A stretch of DNA of 64,000 bases from Haliotis cracherodii (GCF_022045235.1 NW_027266266.1:23994001-24058000), one strand, 5' to 3'; positions 1 to 12,448 are shown, numbered from the stretch's first letter. Numbers and translations: made by a program. The notes: a model not told the origin generated them from the letters alone.

Positions 1-110
1 GAATTGTCTGCTCCAGACTCGATTATTTACAGACCGTCGTCATATAGCTGGAACATTGCTGAGTGCGGCTTTAAAGTACAAACAAACAATCAATCAATCA
101 ATCAATCAAA
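1..110 (+). mobile_element. SINE family A, 3' part
   Basis: GGATTGTCTGGTCCAGACTCGATTATTTACAGACCG...CATATAGCTGGAATATTGCTGAGTGCGGCGTTAAA-type module plus AAAC/AATC tail, shared with more than 10 copies in the window. Confidence 0.85.
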
Positions 111-390
111 CACTTATAGAACATATCATTATCACACTTTCATAAATAAGTGATATCATTATTATATTGTTAATCTGTGATTCATTAGACTATTGTAAGC
201 TGTGATACCTTTCTTATATATTAAATCAGTGATGTCATTAAACTGTCATAAGTGTCATTGCATATGCCAGCACTGCCCCACGTTCTACGTGCATACCCGC
301 CGCTTTAACATAATACACGAAAACCTGTTTGTGCCACAGTATTAATTACCATAGACAGTATGTCCGTTACGTTCCAGTCTACATAGAGCT

Positions 391-492
391 GGACACCGTT
401 TCACAAAAGCGATCTTAGGTTTACGCTTGTCTTATTCTTAACCATAGACTTACGATAGTGGTAAAGTTAAGATCGGTTTGTGAAACAGGTCC
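391..492. mobile_element. Short hairpin MITE (TTCACAAAGCGATCTTAG-type TIR)
   Basis: Imperfect terminal inverted repeats GGACACCGTTTCACAAAAGCGATCTTA / TAAGATCGGTTTGTGAAACAGGTCC; related copies at 55830-56465. Confidence 0.6.
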
Positions 493-786
493 TGCTTATG
501 TTAAGATGGCCTGTGTGGAATGTGATGTCAGTGGTTTGAGGACGCAGAATGGATGTCTGTTATCGCCGTGTACATTGTTTTGTCAAAACTCGGACAGCCC
601 TACTAGAGCATCTAGAAACTCGCAATAAAATTATCCATCGCAAAGTTGGTGTCTTGTTATTATTTGCCTGAATATTATAACACTTCTGTTACTGCTGTGA
701 GTATATTGCAGTACGAACGATACTATGAATACTTCTTTTGCTAAAGTGTTTGCAATACGAACCTAACCATGAACATGTCTGGTGTG

Positions 787-1031
787 GACCCGAGAAGATC
801 CGGGTTAGAATAGGCCTTCAGCAACTCCGTCTTGCTGTAAGAGGCGACTATGCTTGTAGTAAGAGGCGAGTAATGGGATCGGGTGGTCAGGCTCGCTGAC
901 TTGCTTGCATGCCATCGTATCCAAATTGGGTAGATCGATGCTCACGATATCAGTCCGGACACGATTATGACCGCCGTCATATAGCTGGAATATTGCTGAG
1001 TGCGGCGTTAAACAACAAGCACACAAACAAA
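787..1031 (+). mobile_element. SINE family A, near full length
   Basis: Starts GACCCGAGAAGATCCGGGTTAGAATAGG, contains GTAAGAGGCGACTA (duplicated), ends in the shared 3' module and AAAC tail. Confidence 0.85.
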
Positions 1032-1184
1032 ACTGCTGCTGTGTGTTGTAATAAAGCAGTACGAACAATACTATAGTACGAACGACATCATTACAACATT
1101 GATTACAGATACTGAAATCAATGACAGCTTCCCCCACTGTGGTATGGCATAAAACCCAACTCATTCACCCCTTATAAGTCATTA

Positions 1185-2165
1185 TCCACCCTCTCACTTA
1201 CCCACTTATTCATCCACCCACTCACTTACCCACTTATTCATCCACCCACTCACTTACCCACTTACACATCCACCCACTCACTTACCCACTTACACATCCA
1301 CCCACTCACTTACCCACTTATTCATCCACCCACTCACTTACCCACTTACACATCCACCCACTCACTTACCCACTCATTCATCCACCCACTCACTTACCCA
1401 CTCATTCATCCACCCACTCACTTACCCACTCATTCATTCATTCTCACACTCATGATCACTTACTCACCCACTCATTCATCCACCCACTCACTTACCCACT
1501 CATTCATTCATTCTCACACTCATGATCACTTACTCACCCACTCACTCACCCACTCACTTACTCACTTACCCACTCATTCATCCACCCACTCACTTACCCA
1601 CTGTTACATCCACCCACTCATGCACCCACCCACTCACTTACCCACTCATTCATCCACCCACTCACTTACCCACTCATTCATTCGCCCTCTCACTTACTAA
1701 ATCATTCATCCACCCTCTCACTTACCCACTAATCCATCCACCCACTCATTCATCCACCCACTCAGTTACCCACTTATTCATCCACCCACTCACTTACCCA
1801 CTTACAAATCCACCCACTCACTTACCCACTCATGCATCCACTCACTCACTTACCCACTCATTCATCAACATACTCACTTACCCACTCATGCATCCACCCA
1901 CTCACTTACCCACTCATTCATCCACCCACTCACTTACCCACTCATTCATCCACCCACTCACTTACCCACTCATTCATTCACCCACTCACTTACCCATTCA
2001 TTTACCCACTCATTCATTCCAACACTCACTTACTCACCCACTCACTTACCCACTCATTCATCTACCCACTCACTTACTCACTCATTCATCCACCCACTCA
2101 GCCACTTATTCACTAATTCATCCGGCAAACCTATTCGTTCACTTACTCGCCCACTCATTCATTCA
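1185..2165. repeat. ~28-bp ACTC-rich minisatellite (CACTCATTCATCCACCCACTCACTTACC)
   Basis: Directly visible tandem units; source of the His/Thr/Pro-rich spurious ORFs. Confidence 0.95.
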
Positions 2166-2169
2166 CCCA

Positions 2170-4340
2170 CACAGTCAACTCTCAACGCCGTAGTCAGCAC
2201 TTAACACCACAGTCAGTACTCAATGCTGTAGTCAGCACTTATCGACCTAGTCAACTCTCAACGCCGTAGTCAGCACTTAACGCTGCAAGGAAACACTGAA
2301 CGCCGCAGTCAGTACTCATGGTAGTAAGCGCTGTAGTCAGCACTGAACGTTCCTGTCAGTACTCAATGCCGTAGTCAGCACTTAACGCTGTAGTCAGAAT
2401 TTAACGTTCCTGTCAGTAGTCAATGCCGTAGTCAGCACTTAACGCTGTAGTCAGAATTTAACGTTCCTGTCAGTAGTCAATGCCGTAGTCAGCACTTAAC
2501 GCTGTAGTCAGCACTTAACGTTCCTGTCAGTACTCAATGTCGTAGTCAGCACTAAACGCTGTAGTCAGAACTTAACGTTCCTGTCAGTACTCAATGCCGT
2601 AGTCAGCACTTAACGCTGTAGTCAGCACTTAACGTTCCTGTCAGTACTCAATACCGTAGTCAGCACTTAACGCTGTTGTCAGAACTTAACTTTCCTGTCA
2701 GTACTCAATACCGTAGTCAGCACTTAACGCCCCAGTCAGCACTTAACGTTCCTGTCAGTACTCAAGGCCGCAGTCAGCACTAAACGGCGAATTCAGCATT
2801 CAATGATGTAGTCAGCACTTAACGGCATAGTCAGCACTTATGCTTCAGTCAGCATTCAAGGCCGTAGTGAGCACTCAACACCACAGTCAGCACTCAACAA
2901 CACAGTCAGCAGCTATTAACGCCGCAGTCAGCACTCAACACCGCAGTCAGCACTTAATGCCACAGTCAGCAATCAACACCGCAGTCAGCACTTAATGCCG
3001 CAGTCAGCACTCAACACAGCAGTCAGTACTTAACGCCACAGTCAGCATTTAACGCCACAGTCAGCATTTAACGCCTCATTCAGCACTCAACGCCACAGTC
3101 AGCACTCAACACCACAGTCAGCACTTAACGTCATAGTCAGCACTTAACGCCATAGTCAGCACTCAACACCACAGTCAGCATTAACGCCACAGTCAGCGCT
3201 CAACACCACAGACGAAACTCAACACCACAGTCAGCACTCAAAACCGCAGTCAGCACTCAACATCACAGTCAGCATTTAACGCCTCAGTCAGTACTCAACA
3301 CCACAGTCAGCATTTAACGCCTCAGTCAGCACTCAACGCCACAGTCAGCATTTAAACGCCTCAGTCAGTGCCTAACGCCGCAGTCAGCACTTAACGCCAC
3401 AGTCAGCACTTAACGCCACAGTCAGTATTTAAAGCTACAGTGAGCATTTAACGCCTCATTCAGCACTCAACGCCACAGTCAGCATTTTACGCCTGAGTCA
3501 GCACTCAACGCCATAATCAGAACTCAATACTACAGTCAGCACTCAACACCACAGTCAGCACTCAACACCACAGTCAGCACTTAACGCCATAGTCAGCACT
3601 TAACGTCATAGTCAGCACTCAACACAACAGTCAGCACTCAACACCGCAGTCAACACTCAACACAACAGTCAGCACTCAACACCACAGTCAGCACTCAACA
3701 CCACAGTCAGCACTTAACGCCGCATTCAGCACTCAAGGCCGCACTCAGCACTCAACTGCATTTAATGCCACAGTCAGCACTCAACACCGCAGTCAGCACT
3801 TCCGCAATCAAAACTGCAGACAGTACTTAACGCCGCAGTCAGCACTCAACCCCGCAGTGAGTACTTACCGCCGTAGTCAGCACTCAACCCCGCAGTGAGT
3901 ACTTACCGCCGTAGTCAGCACTCAACACTGCAGTCAGCACTCAACACCACAGTCAGCACTCAACACCGCAGTCAGCACTTAATGACGAAGTCAGCATTTA
4001 ACGCCACAGTCAGCACTTATCACCGCAGTCAGTACTTAATGCCACATTCATCACTTAACACTTCAGTCAGCATTCAGCACCGCATTCAACACTCAACACC
4101 ACAGTCAGCACTCAACGCCGCAGTCAGCAATAAAATCTGCAGTCAGCATTTAACGCCGCAGTCAGCACTCAACGCCACAGTCAGTACTTAACGCCATAGT
4201 CAGCACTCAACACCGCAGTCAGTTCTTAACGCCGCATCAGCACTTAACGCTGCAGTTAATACTTAATGTCGCAGGAACACTCGACACTGCAGTCAGTACT
4301 CAACGCCGCAGTTAGCACTCAATGCCGCAGTCAGTACTTA
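2170..4340. repeat. 19-bp minisatellite (GCCGCAGTCAGCACTTAAC) with a 57-bp trimeric sub-block at ~2320-2770
   Basis: Period 19 read directly; the trimer recurs at 2371 and 2428. Confidence 0.95.
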
Positions 4341-4495
4341 ATTCCAACAAAAAATCCAGGGTTTTTATGCAATAACTGTTTCTAGTGCGGCCTGAACATG
4401 CTTACAATTTGGTGAAAGAATTAAAATAAAACAATTATTGAAAAAGAGGTTGTGCCAGAAAATTATGGCAAAAAATATTTATGATTAAGACGGTT

Positions 4496-4943
4496 GATCT
4501 TCCCGAGGCAAGGGAGGTCACTTACTATGAAAGTCCAGTTCCATCCTTGCCGAACTAGGCTGGAATTTCTGGGGTCGATCGTAGATCTAGAGCCACGGGT
4601 GGCTATTACGAGTTATGTCCCTTCTATGCCCCTCCTATTGACCAATCAGATTCCACCTCTGATATCACTTACATTTGCTTAAGACAAAATGGCGGCGTCC
4701 AGTCAAGACGATCTGATCGATTGTAATAAAACGGGTTTTACTTCGCTAAATGAACATGAAAATATCTGTTGAGTCTAAGTTGACTGTGCACATACTTTGC
4801 AAACCCTGCAATCGACCAGAATATGCACGGCAGTTTACGAACGTTGATTTCGTTACGCGATTTTGACAGGAGTGTGCATAAACTCGTTACACCAGCCAAA
4901 ATATATATCCATAATTCCAGCCTAGTCCAGCCTCCGGAAGATG
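4496..4943. mobile_element. Non-autonomous TIR DNA transposon, older copy of the 13128-13671 element in opposite orientation
   Basis: Ends (G)ATCTTCCCGAGGCAAGG... and ...CCTCCGGAAGATG; interior is the reverse complement of 13200-13600; flanks AAGACGGTT/CAGACTGTC match 6/9. Confidence 0.75.
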
Positions 4944-5369
4944 CAGACTGTCTAAAATTACATTGTTGCAAGTTTTTTTCCTAAATAAATATTCAAGATC
5001 CTAGTTTTCATGAAAAAATAATATTTGGTTTTACAGCCGTTGCTGAAAAGGATAGACGGCCACCCAAACTATAGTAGTCGTACCTTGTGTGATGTTTTTT
5101 TTAGAAGTATTGTTTCTATTGAATTGGATGTAGGATGAAGTTTTTTTATTTCTTAAAAGTAGCATAATCTCTGCACTTGTACAATCAGGCAGAATTCAAA
5201 ATGAACATATTGTTTTCAGTTTTAACAAAATCAGTAAATGCGCTAACGGTTCACTGGATTGTCTGGTCCATCACTTGATTGTATGGTTTCTTTACAGGCC
5301 GCCATCGTCGAATTCAACAAATTGATCATCAATTGATTGTCTTTGTGTGTAATATCTTAATTAGGTAGA

Positions 5370-7760
5370 AACTTTAATCTCAACGTTTTCTATTTTTCAC
5401 ACATAAGAAGAATATGAAACTCGTCTTCAATCTCCTGGTTGGTACACTTAGAACATATATTATTCCACAAAATCACTATCCTTGGTTCTACGATATTTAT
5501 TGACAAGGAAGTTATGGAGAGATATTCTAAATTTACAAAGAGCTCTCAATAGAGTTTTATCTTGTAATATGCTTAAATATTTTTCTGGTTGTAACAATGA
5601 TTTAATACCAGCATAATGCTTGAGAAAGTGTGAAGAGGAAACTTGTTGGTTCCAGTTTGGCTGAAATATGTGTAATAATCTTTGTTTAAATTTGAGCAAA
5701 AATAGTGTTTTTCATACCAGTGTCTTGTGAGATCCATACAAAGGAAAATCCAGTATTAAATAATATGCTTCTTACACCAGACACCCAATTTGTTTTCCCT
5801 TCACCATCTAATTGCTTTAGCATTTTGTAACATTGAAATAGGTACCTGTGACCATTTTTAATAATTTTATCCAATATGTAGCAACACGCAGCTGGCTTTT
5901 TTACGTATATATTACAGCGACCAGTTTCAACAAGTACTGCCTTATTTGAAGCATATTTACCAATGTATTAAAACTGCTTAAAATACAAAGTGTGAACTTT
6001 CTCAATGGATTCTAAATATTTAATACCCCATATTTCCGAGCCGTACAACAAAATGGGTAGAATTTTACCATCAAATATCGAATTTGCTGTTGAAAATTAG
6101 ATATATTTGTTTTTCTTGAATAAGTTATAAACAGGAAACTTTGCCTTAGATGCCTGAGCGCTAATGTCTTACAGGCCATGGACCAATTTAATCTTGGGGA
6201 CATTAATAGTCCTAAATACTTATAATAACTTGCAACTTTTAAATGTTTATCACCATACATCCAATTTTCACGCTTCGATACAATTCCACCATTTCTAAAA
6301 ACAATAACATTTGTTTTGTCAAGGTTTACTTCTAAACCCCACTTAATACAAAAGGTTTGCAATACATTAAGCTGTTTCTGCAAGCCTACCAGTAGGGCAC
6401 CAGAGCAACATCATCCGCGAACAGCAAGAACATAATATCTATAATATCTTGTGTCACAAACAAACCATGATGACATTCTTTGTAAATTTCAGAGACAAGA
6501 TCGTTTACAAAACAGATGAATAAGACTGGGCTCAAGATGCAACCTTGACGAACACCACTGGAAGTAGTAAAACAAGGAGTTATACCCGAGTCAGTTTTAA
6601 TACATGCTTTAATTGAGGAATACATATTCTTAAGAACTATTGACAGTTTCCCACGACATCCTTTAGTGATCAATAGGTACAGCAGTTTTTTTTCTATCAG
6701 CGTAATCAAAAGCTTTACGGAAATCAACAAAGGCGCAATAAAAACAACCTCTAGGTTTACATAAATATTTTGAGCAAGATGACTGTCAACTGTAGAATAT
6801 CCAGAGTCCAGAGCGAAACCCTGCTTGAGCTTCAGATATCATAAATTTATTTTCAAGCCAAATTATAAGTCGTGTTTCAACAATAGATGCAAATAGTTTT
6901 CCCATGACATATAAAACAAATGTACTTCTGTAATTGTTTGGTTGACAGACATTTCCTGATTTGTATAAAGAAATTGTCATTCCAATATTCCATGCATCGG
7001 GGAAAATACCTGTATCAAGGATTTTATTGAATAAAAGCAACACATATGGTACTAAAAATCTCCTGATATTTTGTAAAATTTTGGTGGGACTCCATCAACG
7101 CCTGGTGCTTTACCATTTTTAAGACTTTGTAATGCCTCCCACACTTCTTGTTCTGTGAACTCACCAGATAACAATTCGTCCGTGAATGGAAGATCATTAC
7201 ATTCATCACACATATGAGTATCTAAAAAATCAGATAATAATAGATCAAATTCTGTTTTTGCCGTCATGCACATCGGATTCAATAAATTCTGAAAATAGGA
7301 AAGCCATACATTAGGAGTTATAGAACTGTCTGGTGATTTTGTACGTGACGGCTTCTGAAGTATTTTCCAAAAAGTTTTACAATCTCCATAATGCGCTGCT
7401 AACTTAATTTCTTCACTCAATTTTATGTCATACAGTTTCTTCTTACGTTCACAAATCTTTTTAAATTCTGCTTTTGCATTTATATATCTGTGCAGGTTCA
7501 AATCACACTTATGATTTCTGAAGTTGTTGAGGTATAAGTACTTTCTAGATTTCATATTATGACACTCGCTGTCAAAACAGGCTTGCTGAAATACACGACA
7601 TTTACTGGACCAAGAACAAACAGCGCCAGCACTTGTAGCACAACATATCACAATGTCAGTGAGCTTAGTAACTGCTGCGTTCCGGTTATCATTCAAAATA
7701 ACTGCGAACTCATTAAACATTTCTCCACTTAATGCATTACCGAGATGGAGGTGGTAGGAA
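5370..7760 (-). pseudogene. Decayed non-LTR retrotransposon ORF2 (RT plus C-terminal CCHC), RTE-X/L2-like
   Basis: Frameshifted fragments carry KAPGVDG, YKSG...PNNYR, EAQAGFR, GVRQGCILSPVLF, LLFADD, NLDKT...FRNGG, YKYLG and CSKC...EDEFHILLMC; clade call is tentative. Confidence 0.9.
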
Positions 7761-7832
7761 ACAACTGGCTCGGGAGGAAGTCTATATTTTGGTACAGGGG
7801 TTAATGAGGCAGATGCAGTGTTGACATTATTA

Positions 7833-8007
7833 CAGTAAAGTACGTTTATAACGAACACGCTTATAACGAACTGACGGATATAACGAACTGATTTTTTAGT
7901 CCCGACTATTTGCTATAGTTATGCTGTTTATATGCTTATAACGAACCACGGTAATAACAAACTAAAGTTGGTGGTCCCTTCGAGTTCGTTATAACCGTAG
8001 TTTAATG
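7833..8007. mobile_element. Tc1/mariner(pogo)-type MITE with TA flanks
   Basis: TIR CAGTAAA(C)TACG(G)TTATAACGAAC, TA on both sides, internal TTATAACGAAC repeats; second copy at 51721-51896. Confidence 0.85.
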
Positions 8008-8119
8008 TATTTTGTTGAAAAGAACAAGGAGTGAAATCTTTAAAGTGACAGACAAAAGTCAAGTGATCTGAGTCGGTTCGTTCAACCAGTGACATATCTG
8101 TAATAGATTCAAATGGACT

Positions 8120-8200
8120 CCATGTTAGCGGCGGGTGCTAGCGAGAACAGGCCATGCTTTCCCTTCTCCGAAACAACAGGTGTCATCACTGATTTTCAGT
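8120..8200 (+). mobile_element. Possible Penelope-like 3' fragment
   Basis: GGCGGGTGC...CAGG..ATGCTT....CCGAAACA.C.GGTGTCATCACT resembles the segment downstream of the RT fragment at 52215-52270 (minus strand). Confidence 0.35.
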
Positions 8201-8904
8201 GATCCATTCATAACATTTCAACCGCTATTTTGTCTTTGTCAGTGGAATCTGTTTCGGCGGACAATCGAGCCTTGTCATTTTCTGGTTTTGACGTTTTATA
8301 TTTGTATATTTAAAACAAACATTGATCTAAACGTAGTATCAGTCTCCCTTATATTGGCACCATGTACTTAAAACGGATAAAGTTTGTTTTAAAGTTAAAA
8401 TGTATTAATATGAGATAATGCGTCATAAAGCTGCACTGAAAATAGATTTGTCTGCAATATGAAGACAACACGTATATTTCTTTTCTATGGGCTGGAACGA
8501 ATTGGAATCCTAATGCAAGGAAACAGATAATTGACGGTTATAGATACCATAGCCGAATAACGGACAATTTGTCCGACAGTAAAGATAAATTAAAGTCTGA
8601 AGAAGCTTATGAAATGACAGACTTTACCGTTTTTGTCGTTCAACATAATACGTACTCCGTGAGAGCATTACGTATGTGGTTCCCTGTAACATTAAACGAT
8701 AATGACAATAACGTTTGGTTGTCTCCCTTAATATAGACTTGGAGTAAGGTAACTGATGGGATATTGCCTCTTAATTCAATCATTGTTATTTCGTCCCCAT
8801 TGAACTATTCTGATGACATAACAGTGAGTTTGGTTTTGTGCCGCTTTAAAAAGTATTTCAGTTATATCCCGTTATGTTGGAAGATCCCAAAGTTTCTGAT
8901 TAAT

Positions 8905-9181
8905 GTTGGAGTAAGTAAGCTCGATAGAACGCCGCTTGTAACAGTATTCCTGTTATATCACGGCGTGTCAGCTTCATGTGGGAGGAAAGCCCGAAGTGAT
9001 GCAGGTCTTAGACGTTTACCACTTTGGTGAAAACCACGAGAACGCGTATAATGCTGACAAATCTAGAAATACAATCGGGTCGAAAGGGATTTGAACCCGC
9101 AATCATGTCCGTTGCGTACCCAAGGGACGCAACTCTGCAAACCTTTTGCGGCGCCTTAGACGACTGGGCCACCCGTGCCAC
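8905..9181 (-). mobile_element. SINE family B (tRNA-Leu-like head)
   Basis: GTGGGAGGAAAGCCCGAAGTGATGCAGGTCT...GACGACTGGGCCACCCGTGCC shared with 37516-37799 and 50788-51099. Confidence 0.85.
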
Positions 9182-9736
9182 TTCATGCTGTATGAAAGGC
9201 CAAGTAGACTAAGATGGGTTTAACACTAAGTGGACAGGTATAACACTGAAAATTAATTAATCAGAGATCATTGGGATTCGAAACCAAACTCAGAGGATCC
9301 CGACAATTTATTTTTGTAATAATTAAAACCCTGTGCAGCCAAGATTTTAAGAATACCTGTGTTCAAAGTGTTTGATGTGTTCAGCAGTTACGGTCTGTTT
9401 CGGATCCTGTAAGTTGTAATACAGATGCCAGATTACGACACCCCAAGGCCAGCTAGGCCAGAGTTGGGCACGTGTCATTCCGTGAGGCCGCCACATTACT
9501 CAGTGTTTTACAAAATACCCATCTGACATCAGAACCAACACATTTTGTAACCCGTAGGCTCTGACTAGACTCTGCAGGCCATTGTTTCATGTGTCTGTCC
9601 ATTATAGTTGTCGTGAACAGCAAACATACTCTCAATTAAAATATAATAGAAATTCAAATATGACAATCAAATAGTGATGGTCAGGCGCAAGGAAGGTACA
9701 TTATTTTTTCCTACACTGCGACAACAACGACACAAA

Positions 9737-9772
9737 CTACTACTACTACTCCTCCTCCTCCTCCTCCTCCTA

Positions 9773-9810
<38 letters not shown>

Positions 9811-9828
9811 ACTACTACTACTACTACT
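9737..9828. repeat. Compound trinucleotide microsatellite (CTA)n(CTC)n(CTA)n(CTG)n(CTA)n
   Basis: Directly visible. Confidence 0.95.
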
Positions 9829-10079
9829 TCGTCGGTGCACTCTTAGCTTAATTTGCTGTCAAGCAACAAACATTTGAAACAACAGCCTTACTTCCGGATT
9901 GTTTCAAGTTAAAAATCGTAGGAAATGCAAGATACTTAATTCGCACCTTTAGAAATACCCGAGTACGAACAGACCTAATCACTCAATAATGACCTTCCGT
10001 GACAAAAGTGATTTAGAACTTTAGCATATATTTGTTTTGCAACACGTTTCGCGTAGGATTTAAAAATGTGCTGTGAGGG

Positions 10080-10085
10080 TATAAA
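10080..10085 (+). promoter_or_regulatory. Candidate TATA box of the secreted-protein gene
   Basis: TATAAA about 50 nt upstream of the ATG at 10135. Confidence 0.55.
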
Positions 10086-10134
10086 GATGCTGCTGATGAT
10101 GCCATGACCACAGACTTCATCAAGTGGATGCAGA

Positions 10135-10213
10135 ATGGCGCAACGAGACATCCCTACCCTGCTGGTGGTCCTGGCCATGTTCCTGTTGACGTCAAATCAC
10201 CACGTGCTTGGAA
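10135..10213 (+). CDS. Exon 1 (signal peptide) of an unrecognised 142-aa secreted protein
   Basis: ATG in strong context (AGAATGG); MAQRDIPTLLVVLAMFLLTSNHHVLG has a hydrophobic core and a small-residue cleavage site; consensus donor A|GTAAGT at 10214, phase 1. Confidence 0.8.
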
Positions 10214-10244
10214 GTAAGTCCAATTCATTCAGCTCATTTATTAT

Positions 10245-10730
10245 GGGGTGCAGTCGTCAACGACGCCCCAAATTCGCTGTTCAGAGTTGCGTCCCTTGGG
10301 CACGCCTGAAACCTACGGTCATGGGTTCGAATCGAATTGTTTCTAGGTTTGTCATACCATACCCATGCTCGTGGGTTTCACCAAAGCGGTAAACGTCTTA
10401 TACCTACATCAGGAATGTTCTGGGATTCAAACCCACGGCCACTGGTACTGGCAACGCTAAGGGTACAAACTCTGCACAGCGATCACATTAAGGCTTAACA
10501 TCACGGAGACACAGATAGCTCAGTCGTCTAAGGCACCACAATTTCAATGTATAAAGTTACCCCCTTTAGGCGTGCCAGAAACCTAAAGTCGTTGGTTCGA
10601 ATCTGACTTCAAAATTATGCTCCTAGGCTTTTACCAAAGTGGTAAACGTATCATATCTGAATCACTTCGGGATTTCCTCCGACGTTAAGCAGACACGCCG
10701 TGATATAGTTGGAATAGTGTTCAAGTGTTC
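10245..10730 (+). mobile_element. Cluster of degraded SINE B copies at the start of the intron
   Basis: CAGTCGTC...CAGAGTTGCGTCCCTTGGGCACGCC.GAAACCTA...GGGTTCGAATC...GGTAAACGTC, twice plus an inverted head fragment. Confidence 0.7.
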
Positions 10731-10984
10731 AGATGACAGGAGCCGCTGCAGCATTCGACTTATCCCATTAATCCATTATGATGACGTCACATTTTTATTG
10801 GTGCAATTGATTCTGAGCCAGGAATTCACTGGTCTTTCTGAACCAAATTTAAACAATCAAACTGCCGATGTAGGTCATTATGCAAAATTATAGAAATCTT
10901 ATGGTTTCAGTCGGAGAAACCACTCCAATCTGATGATTCCCGAAGTAGAATCAACGATTCTCATGATTTCCCCATCACAGAAAG

Positions 10985-11244
10985 TGTGTTTGTTTGTTTG
11001 TTGTTTAACGCCACCCTCAGCAATATTCCGGCTATATGAAGGCGGTCTGTAAATAATAGAGTGTGGACCAGACAATCCAGTGATTGACATGAGCATCGAT
11101 CCACGCCATTGGGATATGATGACTTGCATCAACCAAGTCAGCGAGTCTGACCACCCAATCCCGTTAGTCGCCTCTTATGACAAGCATAGTCGCCTTATAA
11201 AATTACGGCAATGGGTTCTATTGTACCCCGGATCTTCACGGGTA
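10985..11244 (-). mobile_element. SINE family A
   Basis: Reverse complement of the family A consensus, from the GTTT tail to CCCCGGATCTTCACGGGT. Confidence 0.85.
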
Positions 11245-11273
11245 CCATTATGACATGACACGAGTGGTCACGA

Positions 11274-11437
11274 GTGAGTGAGTATGGTTTAATGCCGCTT
11301 TTAGCAATATTCCTGCAATATCACGGCTGGGGACACCAGAAATGGGCTTCACACATTGTACCCATGACGGGAATCAAGCCCGGGTCTTCAGCGTGACGAG
11401 CGAACGCTTTAACCACAAGGCTACCCGACCGCCCCGA
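11274..11437 (-). mobile_element. SINE family C (tRNA-Asp-like head, ACTC tail)
   Basis: Head reads GGTAGCCT.GTGGTTAAAGCGTTCGCTCGTCACGC.GAAGACCCGG on minus; flanked by TGGTCACGA duplication. Confidence 0.85.
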
Positions 11438-12217
11438 CTGGTCACGAATAGATGGAAGTATCTCGGTATAGATTTAATACTCTTACGTGTGATAGAGCTT
11501 AAGGGATTATTTAGGCGATTATAGCTGTTATTTATTGACGTAAAAAAAAGTAAATCTCCATCTTGTCGGACGTCGGATAAGAAAAATAAGATTGGCCATG
11601 GGTTGAACGGATGTGGAAGGTATCTCCATCGTACGTATATAACGAGTTCTTAAAAAAGTGCATTTGACATACAAGAAAGCTTTGCCGCACCACGTACTGT
11701 CCTATGGAAATAATTGTGAAGTAGGATTCGCTTGACATACGCTGTTAGGAGTGGTTAGTAGCTACCCGTGCGGCTTGAGGATGTCAACATTGTCACCATT
11801 ACGTGTTTTTTTGTTGTTGTCGTGAAGAATTGACTTAAATAAAAAAAGAATTAGTTCATGGGGGAGGTATCAACGTAAAACCCTGCTCCACAGGTTGGAC
11901 CGTCACTTATAATGTCAAAAGGAGAGTTATCTCCCCTCGGGACAAAAATATCGCCAACAGTGTTGTCGGCATCGACGCAAATATAATGACAATTATTACC
12001 CACGCGCCATTACGTAAGGAGGTAATAACAAAAAGCAAAGAGAGACATGTCTTCCTTGGAATTTGACTAGTAGATACGCGAATCATCCATAAGTTTGTAT
12101 CAAGAATGGCTACCCAATTATTCAGGTTTTTTTCTTAGAAACAAAATTTATTAATACATGTACATGATTTACATTTGGATAGATACCTGCTCGCGTCTTC
12201 AATTGCATACGCACTTC

Positions 12218-12448
12218 GACCCGAAAAGATCCGGGTTAGAATAGATCTTCAGCAACCCAGGCTTGTCGTAAGAGACGACTAACGGGATCGGGTGCTCGGT
12301 CTCGCTGACTTGGTTGATGCATGTCATCGTATCCCAATGGCGAGGGCAGATGCTCTTGATATCACTGTATTGTCTGGTTCAGACCGCCGTCATATAGCTG
12401 GAATTTTCTAAGTGCGGCGTTAAACAACAAACAAATACAACAACCAAA
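12218..12448 (+). mobile_element. SINE family A, full length with TSD
   Basis: TSD CATACGCA(C/T)TTC at 12206-12217 and 12449-12460. Confidence 0.9.

Noticed and set aside
1452-4191. His/Thr/Ser-rich ORFs
   Set aside because: Translations of minisatellites, open in several frames at once
9674-9877. Poly-Leu signal-peptide-like ORF
   Set aside because: Compound CTN microsatellite
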